Positions 17,623 through 26,170 of a stretch of 64,000 nt of DNA are shown piece by piece; positions within the stretch are counted from its first letter, which is position 1, and every line of letters begins with the position of its first letter. The stretch lies in the IMG/VR virus record IMGVR_UViG_3300043395_003072, positions 1 to 64,000 of that record. One strand, given 5' to 3'. This stretch comes from a virus. The translations under genes were made by a program, and so were the position numbers. Below the pieces are notes generated by a model, which was not told where the DNA came from, did not search any database, and saw nothing but the letters and a program-made list of their open reading frames with translations.

Positions 17623-18512
17623 GAAAAAGCTTTAGCTTGCTCAAGTACTGCAGCCATATCTAAAGAAGAGCAATCTACTTTATTGTCTGTAAGGTTGTAA
17701 TGGTTAATGAATCCATTAAATGCTCCTTGCACACAATCCTCATCTACTCCTTTAGTTAAACACACATCTAGATTCATTCCAGTAGCATCATGAATAGCCG
17801 CCCACAAAGCAGCTAGTGCTTGTAGTTGTACAGGATAAAAGTCTAGGTGTGGTCCAGTTTTGCGTCCATGAACTCTTGATTCAACGATAGGTCTCGGTCC
17901 AAAACCTTTCTTTACATACCAGTCCTGGTATTTTGTATAGTAAGCATTTGAGACTTCGACACCAATACCATTTACATTCCAAAGTCTAGCTCCAGCTTGC
18001 CAAGCTACATGCTGAATATCTAGCAACTGATAAATGGTACCATCGTTATCAATTAAGAAATGCATAGACAATCCTCTCTTGGCGATTATGTTCGCGCAAG
18101 ACTCGGAAGAGAGGCACACATCCCAATGATTTACAAATTGAATAGGTCTTCTATCCGGCCTTCCTGACCAATCATTATATGTACCTTCCTTACATCCGAG
18201 TCCACCGTGCTCATCCCAGAGAATTACCTTATCCCAAGCGATTGGGAATCTTCTCTTATTGTAAACAATGTTCTTGTCACCTTTCCTTCTATTCCTCTTA
18301 GGTGGAGTATAATCTGCTTCTGCTAAAAGTTTCGTCTCTAACCTACGAAGAGTAGCAGGTCCGACAAGACCATCTGCTTTTAAGTCATGTTCCTCTTGGA
18401 AACGCTTAACTGCTTCTGTTAACTGCTCATTGAAAGTGTCGCAACCAAACCACTCAGAAGTCCAACCGTACTTCTTAGCGCTTTCAATATTAAATTGAAT
18501 TTCTTTTGTCAT
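17613..18512 (-). CDS. endolysin: peptidoglycan-binding domain + N-acetylmuramoyl-L-alanine amidase
   Basis: AVKRFQ..HDLKADGLVGPAT; HWD, SMHFLIDNDGTIYQ, GIGVE, H...KVDC. Confidence 0.88.
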   Translation of the reverse strand: MTKEIQFNIESAKKYGWTSEWFGCDTFNEQLTEAVKRFQEEHDLKADGLVGPATLRRLETKLLAEADYTPPKRNRRKGDKNIVYNKRRFPIAWDKVILWDEHGGLGCKEGTYNDWSGRPDRRPIQFVNHWDVCLSSESCANIIAKRGLSMHFLIDNDGTIYQLLDIQHVAWQAGARLWNVNGIGVEVSNAYYTKYQDWYVKKGFGPRPIVESRVHGRKTGPHLDFYPVQLQALAALWAAIHDATGMNLDVCLTKGVDEDCVQGAFNGFINHYNLTDNKVDCSSLDMAAVLEQAKAFSQS

Positions 18513-18639
18513 AAAAGCTCCAAAAAAGAAAAGAGAAAATATTATGAGATTTGTTAAGAGAAATTTCTTTAAGATTTACGAATCAGCCAAGATTGTTTTT
18601 GATGCTGCAGTAGCTCTCTTTGCTATCTGGTACATCTAA

Positions 18640-18903
18640 ATGAACTGGTACTTTTTACCAGCCTGGCTTGTTTCTATCTTAGCTTTTATAGGGCTCTCAG
18701 TACTCAGTCAAGCGTTATTATACATGATGCGCATGGCTGTTAATTACATAGTATTTAAAGAGCCGTATAGAAGCGATAAAGAAATGAGATACTTCTTATT
18801 ATTAGAAGAAAATAAAAAACTAAAAGATAAGCTTTCTGAACTAGAAGAACAAAACGATCAGATTAGCCGCTCTATCATTAAACAACTGCAAGATAAACTT
18901 TAA
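18640..18903 (+). CDS. membrane protein with coiled coil
   Basis: TM helix then heptads. Confidence 0.55.
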   Translation: MNWYFLPAWLVSILAFIGLSVLSQALLYMMRMAVNYIVFKEPYRSDKEMRYFLLLEENKKLKDKLSELEEQNDQISRSIIKQLQDKL

Positions 18904-18913
18904 GGAAATTATC

Positions 18914-19366
18914 ATGCCTAATTATAATGTAACCTTTACCTTCACCGGTCACTCTCCTACCTATGTCGTCCAAGCTAGCTGCGAAGCTGAGGCTTATGAT
19001 GTTGCTTTTGAAAACTTCGAAGATGACGGGCGCCCTCTAGAGGAAATCGAGTGGAACACCTTTGACTCTGATGTTACCGAGAGGATGGCTTTGCGTCCTG
19101 TGGGTTATACAAGTATGCGTGCGCTGGTTGATCAGCAAGCTAGCATCGAAACTCTTCAGCGTCAGGTTCAAGAAGAGATGCAACGTTCTGCTGTTCAAGC
19201 AGGTCTTAATGCTGCTGTAGCCAATTATAATCGCTTTACTCAAGAGCCTGTTACTCGCACTTATGTAGCTACTGATCCAGTTTATACACGACTCGTTGAT
19301 ATTACTCCTGTTGCTGTTGCACCTTCACGCCCTGCTACACCAGGTTATGTGCGTCTAGTTCGCTAA
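18914..19366 (+). CDS. hypothetical protein
   Basis: TAAGGA RBS. Confidence 0.6.
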   Translation: MPNYNVTFTFTGHSPTYVVQASCEAEAYDVAFENFEDDGRPLEEIEWNTFDSDVTERMALRPVGYTSMRALVDQQASIETLQRQVQEEMQRSAVQAGLNAAVANYNRFTQEPVTRTYVATDPVYTRLVDITPVAVAPSRPATPGYVRLVR

Positions 19367-19485
19367 CAGTTACTTAATATTAAGAGATATCAGAGAAGAT
19401 GCGAATGCATCAAAACTGAGTATTTATACTCAGAGCAAGACCAAAGTATTTTTAAGATAATAACAACCCACATAGTATTAGGAGC

Positions 19486-20358
19486 TTGGCTTTGCTCATC
19501 AAGTCTACTATTGATAATAAATATATTCCTTATCACGACAAAGTTATGTATTCTTTTAACAAGATCCTTGGAAAGGTACATAATAAACTTATTGATACAT
19601 CTCCTATCCTTAGCGGTAGCGCTGCAATATCTTTATTATATGCCCCTAAAAAAGCATTCAGTGACTTAGATCTTTATTTCAGCAAAGAGTCAGATTATCT
19701 AAATGCATTTAATTTTATTAAAGAAGTAGTACCTCAAACAAAAGAAAATACATATATAGATACTAAAGATAACGAAGAAGATATAGACGAAGAAGGTAAT
19801 CTACTTTACTACATTACTGATAATGCAGTCTCAGTAGTTACTCCAGCATACAAGATCCAGCTTATTAAAAGAGAGTTCTTATCTCCCGAAGAACTTATCT
19901 ACAAGCATGATTTTACAAATGTCTCTGTAGCTATATCTCCTCAAGGTATTTATACAACAAAAGAAACCAATTCAGCTTGGTTTGAAAAGAAACTTGTTCT
20001 TAGAAATTATCAAATAAAAGATGACGCTTCTTTAGAAGATACACTTATGTTTTATTATAATTTTCTAAACAGAGTTAATAAATATAGACTTCGCTATTCT
20101 CTTAAATTATCGAATGAGCTATATTTTAAAATAAAAACTATCAAAGATAACCTAAACTATCTTTTAAATGATGACTCTTCAGAACAAGTTACTCGTGCTC
20201 TTGAAAACGTTGCTTTGAATACGAATCCATACTACTCCGGAGAAAGAAAGATTTTTGCTATTGCTTCTTTAAAGAGCAAGCTTCTAGACACTGCAAAAGT
20301 CTTACTGGCATCAGGACTCATGTTAGAGAATTCAAACAATGAAAATATTCTGTTTTGA
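19486..20358 (+). CDS. Pol-beta superfamily nucleotidyltransferase
   Basis: LSGS...SDLDLYF (GS + DxD), IQLI, HDFT. Confidence 0.72.
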   Translation: MALLIKSTIDNKYIPYHDKVMYSFNKILGKVHNKLIDTSPILSGSAAISLLYAPKKAFSDLDLYFSKESDYLNAFNFIKEVVPQTKENTYIDTKDNEEDIDEEGNLLYYITDNAVSVVTPAYKIQLIKREFLSPEELIYKHDFTNVSVAISPQGIYTTKETNSAWFEKKLVLRNYQIKDDASLEDTLMFYYNFLNRVNKYRLRYSLKLSNELYFKIKTIKDNLNYLLNDDSSEQVTRALENVALNTNPYYSGERKIFAIASLKSKLLDTAKVLLASGLMLENSNNENILF

Positions 20359-20566
20359 TAGAGAAAATTGCGGATACTTCTACTACTTGGAAGAAGAAGA
20401 CTACAAGAACATAGACTTCTCCAATAAATTCATCAACTGTCCCGAGTGTACTTCCTTAGCAGCTTATGTTCCTGACGATTTTGTTATGGAAACAAGCAAA
20501 GAAGAGTACATTCAAATCTATGCTAAGATTAATAAGGTATTTAAAGAATATGACGACGACAATTAA
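20339..20566 (+). CDS. small Zn-ribbon protein
   Basis: CFDRENCG...CPEC. Confidence 0.6.
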   Translation: MKIFCFDRENCGYFYYLEEEDYKNIDFSNKFINCPECTSLAAYVPDDFVMETSKEEYIQIYAKINKVFKEYDDDN

Positions 20567-22949
20567 TTACTATAGAGATTCGCAAAACAATCTTGCTTCT
20601 TTTGAATTGCAAGATGATGTTTTTCCAGGTTTTACTGATTTGCCTGATGATGCTTCTAGAGCATTACTCCTCTCAGCTTACTCTTCTTCTTTTTCTCAAG
20701 ACCCTATTCTAAGTTATGCTGGTAACAACCTCTTGACTGGTTATCCTTTCCAGGCAGAAAGAAGGACTCTTAATAGTCTTACTCCTCTATTAAGCCTAAC
20801 AGATCAATCTACTGCAATTTACAATAGTACAAGATATACAAGCCCAAGTTACTTTAATAATGTTGATAGCTTCTTACCAAGTATTAGCTTTAACAAGGAT
20901 GTATATAGGCAACTTTATACTGATCACCAAGTAGTAGCCTTTCAAAACACTTATACTACAGAGTTCCTTACTCAAAATGAAACAGTAAGAAGTTATACTC
21001 GTGGATCAATAAACGATCCTCAAGTGTTTTTCGAAAATCCACCTCAGCTTCCATACCTTTACTATTGTAAGAAAAAGCTAGTTGGAACTGTTGATAATCT
21101 ACCTGTCTTTTCAACTTTAGTTCCAGAAGCTTTTGTAACATTTAAAGATAAATGCATTAAGCTAGATGATATTACCTACCACTATGCTCCATTTGTTAAA
21201 AGCTCTTTTCCAGGTACTCATCGCCGGTGCTATGCAATTAAAAGCAACTTGAAATCAACTATAAAGTCTGGTGTTTTTGCTGACATTAGCACTGAAAATG
21301 CAAAGCTAATGGATATTATTGCTAACTCTACAGCTAAGCGTTTTACAGTAATTGAAGTACCAGGATGGTCATCTGCAGCTAAACTAAATGATCCTCTCAA
21401 GATTGTTGAATATACTAAGTCTCAGGTTCAAAAGCGTAAGGCTTGTTTGATTCCTGCGCTCTTCAAAATGCAATTTAGAGATGAAAACTTTCAACTAAAG
21501 GATTGCTATCATTTCTCTCTTGTTTTGAATGTAAAGCTATTCTTCTCAACTATTGCTAGTATTAATTCTTTTTCGAATCTAATAAATTCGTTAGGAGAAG
21601 GCGATGGTTTAAAGTTCTTTAATCCAGAAGCATACAAAGAAGCAATTTACAAAAAGCTTGGAATCTTAAGTTATTATAGCAGTCAGATGGTAGCCTCCTT
21701 GCCAGAAGCACAACTCAATATGCTTCTACACAAGTACACTACTCAAACCAAATCTACGCATCTTAATAGTGCTGATTGCGACGATATATTTTCTATTAAA
21801 CTTAATGTAAATCCAACTATCACTACAAACCTAGATAAAGCTAACGCTAAGTATGAAGAGATTAAGAACAATATCAAAACATACAAAAAGCACTTTCTAG
21901 AAACTTTTAATCAAAAGTCTTCTGCAGTTACCACATATATTGATTACAAAAGACGACTTAAAGAAGTAAAAGATACTTACGAAAATACTACACTTCATAA
22001 TCTTACCACAGTAATTGATAATATCTCCTTCTCTACGAGAGTAGCTCAAGTTGTAAAAGAATTTGAAAACGCTTATGAGGCAGATAAGAAAAGAGCTTTA
22101 TCTGAAAAAGATTATGTAAAAGATGAGTTCTTTAATAATCTTGCAAAAGATGGAATTTATATCGAATCTATCTCTTTTAAAACTAAAAATGGCAACACAA
22201 AGACCCTTACAGCTAACACTTTTGATAAAACCCAAATCTTAGACCACTTACTAAGTAATGATAGATCAAGTCTAATTCAATCTATCTCTAATATTACTTT
22301 GGTAACTACTAAGCCTCAGAAGATTAAGGTAGATAACGACCCAAATATGATTGTTGTAGGCGGTCCTTACCGAGTGTATGCTGAGCCAAATCTCCTGCAA
22401 GTTTCCTTAGCAGAACTTCCTGCTGTTTGGGGTTATAATCCAAACAACACTGATTATATTTACGTTCACCCTCATGCTGCTAGTGTTACAATTAGCTCCA
22501 CAACAGTACTTGATAAAGCTAGAGCATGTTTAGGTGAAGCTGCTCCAATGCTTCACAAAGCTGGTACTACTGGCGATATCAAGATGATGATCTATACTAT
22601 TCTTATCTGGCTTCGCTCAGCGAATAGTGCAGATCCTTGGGGTCGTAATTATGTTCACTTTCCTAAGCTATCTGATGTTGACTTCGAAGGTATTACTATG
22701 GAGAAGTTTAACAAGATTAGGGAAGAGCAAAGTCTTGAGGTTAATGAGGAAGATATTGATTCTTTCCTTTTAACTGATTTAGGAGACCCCGAAGAGGACG
22801 ATGATAGTGAGGAAGATCTCCCCTCTACAGACGACCCTGTAGTTGAAGATCAAACTATTACTATTGAGCAAATCTTTGATACAGCTTCTCCTCCGGCCTA
22901 TGTAAGATGGTCGAATTTAGCAAATCAACCCACAGACCCAACAAGGTAA
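20550..22949 (+). CDS. large coiled-coil protein with C-terminal prokaryotic E2 (UBC-like) domain
   Basis: HPH (22467) ... ACLG (Cys 22527) ... WLRSAN..DPWG; directly upstream of JAB, E1 and Ubl genes; likely ATG 20550. Confidence 0.68.
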   Translation: MTTTINYYRDSQNNLASFELQDDVFPGFTDLPDDASRALLLSAYSSSFSQDPILSYAGNNLLTGYPFQAERRTLNSLTPLLSLTDQSTAIYNSTRYTSPSYFNNVDSFLPSISFNKDVYRQLYTDHQVVAFQNTYTTEFLTQNETVRSYTRGSINDPQVFFENPPQLPYLYYCKKKLVGTVDNLPVFSTLVPEAFVTFKDKCIKLDDITYHYAPFVKSSFPGTHRRCYAIKSNLKSTIKSGVFADISTENAKLMDIIANSTAKRFTVIEVPGWSSAAKLNDPLKIVEYTKSQVQKRKACLIPALFKMQFRDENFQLKDCYHFSLVLNVKLFFSTIASINSFSNLINSLGEGDGLKFFNPEAYKEAIYKKLGILSYYSSQMVASLPEAQLNMLLHKYTTQTKSTHLNSADCDDIFSIKLNVNPTITTNLDKANAKYEEIKNNIKTYKKHFLETFNQKSSAVTTYIDYKRRLKEVKDTYENTTLHNLTTVIDNISFSTRVAQVVKEFENAYEADKKRALSEKDYVKDEFFNNLAKDGIYIESISFKTKNGNTKTLTANTFDKTQILDHLLSNDRSSLIQSISNITLVTTKPQKIKVDNDPNMIVVGGPYRVYAEPNLLQVSLAELPAVWGYNPNNTDYIYVHPHAASVTISSTTVLDKARACLGEAAPMLHKAGTTGDIKMMIYTILIWLRSANSADPWGRNYVHFPKLSDVDFEGITMEKFNKIREEQSLEVNEEDIDSFLLTDLGDPEEDDDSEEDLPSTDDPVVEDQTITIEQIFDTASPPAYVRWSNLANQPTDPTR

Positions 22950-22953
22950 TATC

Positions 22954-23976
22954 ATGAAATCTGTTTCCGACTTTAGAATGTTAAATGCTCCACCAAATAT
23001 CCTTGCAACAAGGAAAACAATTCAAGCGATCAAGCATATTGTTAAGATTGCTCCTGAAGAGGCTCAGTGGTTTCATACAGTCGAGTATGACTCTGAATCA
23101 AACTCTTTGATACTTGGTGAAGAACTATATATCCCTGAACAAGTTTGTTCTGCTGCAGAAGTTGATACTAGCTCTAGTATGATTGTTCGCTTTTACAAAG
23201 AGCTATCAGCTAAATATGATCAAGAGACTACAAATAATATTCTTAAATCTATGACTTGTTGGTGCCATAGTCACCACAATATGGCACCTAATCCAAGTGG
23301 TCAAGATGTAAGGCAGTTCTCTACATTAATCCAGCAATCCATAGATCAAAATCAGTCTTCTTGGCAAATCATGCTAATCTTCAATAAGAAAGATCAGTTT
23401 TATAGCCGAGTTTATGATCCAAATTCTGGCAACGTTTACGAGGGTGTCCCTATTGATGTTGTCGAGGATAGCTTTGATTTTAATTACATTGATGTTGCTG
23501 CTAAAACAAAGTTTAAAACTCCTACACCAGCACCTGCAGCTTTCGCTAATTATAAGTTTGGATCGCCTACACAGGTAAAGAAGATCCCAACAGATAATTA
23601 CAATTCTCAGATTGCTGAAACTATTATGGATCAAATTTTTACTACTAAAGATCTACTTCTAGATAAGTTTAAATTCTCTAAGAAAGAAGCTCAAACTTAC
23701 CTAGCTAATATCCATCAATGTTTAACCGATAAAGAGATTCTTTGGTTTTATAGTGTATTGTCTGGAAAGAAAGATATCATTATTGAATCTTATTCAGATG
23801 AAATTGCTAGTAATAAACTCAAAGAGCTTGAGCTTCCTCTAAATACTTTCTTTATAAACTTATTTACTTCAGGTAAGTTTACTCCAGATCATTGTAAGAA
23901 AGCTTTGAAGGCTATCTTTGAGCTAGATGACTGTCCGACTATTAGTGAATTAATCCAGAAAGTGAAGTTGGCTTAA
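22954..23976 (+). CDS. JAB/MPN+ (JAMM) metallopeptidase, Ubl-processing/deconjugating
   Basis: E(AQWF) ... HSH-x7-S-x2-D (WCHSHHNMAPNPSGQD). Confidence 0.9.
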   Translation: MKSVSDFRMLNAPPNILATRKTIQAIKHIVKIAPEEAQWFHTVEYDSESNSLILGEELYIPEQVCSAAEVDTSSSMIVRFYKELSAKYDQETTNNILKSMTCWCHSHHNMAPNPSGQDVRQFSTLIQQSIDQNQSSWQIMLIFNKKDQFYSRVYDPNSGNVYEGVPIDVVEDSFDFNYIDVAAKTKFKTPTPAPAAFANYKFGSPTQVKKIPTDNYNSQIAETIMDQIFTTKDLLLDKFKFSKKEAQTYLANIHQCLTDKEILWFYSVLSGKKDIIIESYSDEIASNKLKELELPLNTFFINLFTSGKFTPDHCKKALKAIFELDDCPTISELIQKVKLA

Positions 23977-24668
23977 TGCAAGTAAGTTTCCTTAGGCATA
24001 GTGGTTTCTTTGGTCCTGAAGATGTAAATGGTAAAACTCTAAATATTATTGGAGTTGGTGCCACAGGAAGTTGGGTTGGTCTCATCGCTGCTAAGATGGG
24101 CTGGCATAACTTCCGAGTCTGGGACCTTGATATCGTTGAGTCTCATAATCTACCTAATCAAATTTATAGTGCAAAGCACATTGGTATGAAAAAGGTTGAT
24201 GCTTTTGAGCAAGTACTAAAGGAGTTCAATCCTCAAGTACAAGTTCAAAAGTATGATCGTTTTTATACAAACCAAGAAGACATTTCTAAAATGGATTTTG
24301 GTTCTTATATGTTTATTGCAGTAGATAGTCTTTCCGCAAGGAAAGATATCATTGAAGGTGTTAAGAATAATCTCTTCTTAGAGTTAGTTGCTGAGTCCCA
24401 AATGGGTTTTACTCATGCTACTATTAACTACTTTGAGCCTAATGATTACCTTCAGTTAGATACTTACAAGTCTATGCTAAAAGATGATTCTGAAGTAACT
24501 GAATCAGCTTGCAATGAACGTATCATTACTACCTTGACAGCAATGGTTGCTTCTGAGATAGTTCAGACAATCTCTGCTCACGCTTCTAAAAGTCGTAGAA
24601 CCGACGGATATAAGCGCCCACATAAACAAATCTTCTCTCTTAACCCTCTAAAAGTAATTACTTTTTAA
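23976..24668 (+). CDS. ThiF/MoeB/E1-family activating enzyme
   Basis: IIGVGATGS, DLDIVESHNLPNQ, KKVDA, AVDS..AR; candidate catalytic Cys179 (SAC). Confidence 0.93.
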   Translation: MQVSFLRHSGFFGPEDVNGKTLNIIGVGATGSWVGLIAAKMGWHNFRVWDLDIVESHNLPNQIYSAKHIGMKKVDAFEQVLKEFNPQVQVQKYDRFYTNQEDISKMDFGSYMFIAVDSLSARKDIIEGVKNNLFLELVAESQMGFTHATINYFEPNDYLQLDTYKSMLKDDSEVTESACNERIITTLTAMVASEIVQTISAHASKSRRTDGYKRPHKQIFSLNPLKVITF

Positions 24669-24680
24669 TAAGGAATTAAA

Positions 24681-24875
24681 ATGACAACACGTGAACAACT
24701 ACAAGAAATCGTAGATCTTCTAACCCCTGCACTTGACGATGCTGCTAAGTTTGATCGAGGCATGGAAAGCCCAGGTACTCGTGTAAGAGTTGCTGCGTCT
24801 CAAGCTTCTAAGCTACTAAAGGCACTTCGCTCATCAATTCAAGAGACTCGCAAGTCTCGTAAGGATCAAGAATAA
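24681..24875 (+). CDS. histone H1-like Hc1 family small protein
   Basis: DAAKFDRG...GTRVR...K..R matches the Hc1 core pattern. Confidence 0.7.
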   Translation: MTTREQLQEIVDLLTPALDDAAKFDRGMESPGTRVRVAASQASKLLKALRSSIQETRKSRKDQE

Positions 24876-25099
24876 TGGTTACTATTACTCTCGTTGTAAT
24901 TCCTGGCCCCGGTGCTCGCACCGTTCAACTCTCCGATACAGCTACAATTCAAGATCTTGTGGTTCAAGAGAATCTCCACGGTCGCGATATTATTGTAGAT
25001 GGTCAAGGAGTAGCACCTGCTAGCTGGTCTTCAACACCAATTTCTTCTGGTGTTGAGATCTTTGCAACTGGCTCCGTTAAGGGCAACTCTTCTAACTAA
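24875..25099 (+). CDS. ubiquitin-like (beta-grasp) protein, single unit with short C-terminal extension
   Basis: ITLVVIPG..RTV.L...T..DL...IIVDG...EIFATGSVKG|NSSN; ThiS/MoaD/Ub-type pattern. Confidence 0.85.
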   Translation: MVTITLVVIPGPGARTVQLSDTATIQDLVVQENLHGRDIIVDGQGVAPASWSSTPISSGVEIFATGSVKGNSSN

Positions 25100-25173
25100 T
25101 TATCTCTTTATAAGATTTTAAGAAAACAGCCAGATTATTAAGAGATATTAACCTGTTACTTTAATTACCAACT

Positions 25174-25200
25174 AAGGGGCAATAAGCCCCTTTTTCATTT
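25174..25200 (+). terminator. Rho-independent terminator-like hairpin
   Basis: ggggc-aataa-gcccc-tttttcatttt. Confidence 0.6.
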
Positions 25201-25219
25201 CATTATTAAGGATTTTACT

Positions 25220-25894
25220 ATGGCTACCATTACTCTCGTCGTTATCCCTGGTCCTGGCGCTCGCACCGTAACCCTCGCAGCAGGTGCTTCTGTTGCTGAC
25301 CTTGTGTGTCAAGAGAACCTCCATGGTCGTGATATTATTATCAACGGCCAAGGTGTTCCTGCTGCTACTTGGGCTACAGCAACAGTCCCTGAGGCTGCAG
25401 AAGTCTTTGCTACTGGCTCCGTTAAGGGCAACTCTAACTCTATCACGCTTGTTGTTATCCCTGGGCCTGGTGCCCGTAGTGTTGCGCTTCCTGCTGGTGC
25501 AACCGTTGCAGATCTAGTTTGTCAGGAAAACTTGCATGGTCGTGATATTATTATTAATGGCCAGGGCGTAGCGCCTGCGCTTTGGCCAACAACACAGGTG
25601 CCTAGCCAGGCTGAAGTTTTTGCAACCGGATCTGTTAAGGGTAATGCTCATACTGTTACTTTGATTGTGATCCCTGGACCTGGCGCTCGCATCGTACAAG
25701 TAGAGCAAGGAACTACTGTTGCTGATTTTGTTTGCCAAGAAAATCTTCATGGCCGTGATATCATTATTAATGGCATTGGCTTGATTCCAGCAGACTGGGC
25801 TTCTACACCAGTTCCTCCAAACGTCGAGATCTTTGCTACTGGTTCAGTTAAGGGCAATAAGGATTCATCTGTGCCCGCAAATTTTACTATGTAA
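25220..25894 (+). CDS. poly-ubiquitin-like precursor: 3 tandem 71-aa Ubl units + 11-aa tail
   Basis: Three repeats each ending FATGSVKGN; 3x71+11=224 aa; paralogous to 24875..25099. Confidence 0.88.
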   Translation: MATITLVVIPGPGARTVTLAAGASVADLVCQENLHGRDIIINGQGVPAATWATATVPEAAEVFATGSVKGNSNSITLVVIPGPGARSVALPAGATVADLVCQENLHGRDIIINGQGVAPALWPTTQVPSQAEVFATGSVKGNAHTVTLIVIPGPGARIVQVEQGTTVADFVCQENLHGRDIIINGIGLIPADWASTPVPPNVEIFATGSVKGNKDSSVPANFTM

Positions 25895-25932
25895 GAGCTG
25901 TTGGCGAGACTGCTAAGAAAGCTTTCGTCAAC

Positions 25933-26166
25933 ATGCTCGAACAAGAGCAGGCTTGGGCTGATGTAAAGGCAACCCCATCTCCACTCTTGTCTAAGAACCG
26001 TTACTTTATTGTTAATACTTTTGTATTTAACAATGATATCCAAGCAGCTTTAAATTATGTCTATGAGAACTGGCAGTCTTTTAGATTTAAGAAGAAAGCT
26101 GCTGGAGCACTGATCCTCTCTGATACTGACTATCTGTTTTTTACTTACGACTTACCTAAGGATTAA
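25933..26166 (+). CDS. hypothetical protein
   Basis: ORF track. Confidence 0.45.
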   Translation: MLEQEQAWADVKATPSPLLSKNRYFIVNTFVFNNDIQAALNYVYENWQSFRFKKKAAGALILSDTDYLFFTYDLPKD

Positions 26167-26170
26167 TTAA

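Noticed and set aside
23976-25894. Thiamine/molybdopterin sulfur-relay operon (ThiF-ThiS, MoeB-MoaD)
   Set aside because: No ThiG, MoaE or rhodanese nearby; Ubls lack a terminal GG, are capped and tandem, and an E2-like gene is adjacent. Not excluded biochemically.
25284-26043. Alternative-frame and antisense ORFs over the tri-Ubl gene
   Set aside because: By-products of the repetitive coding sequence; no RBS or motifs.
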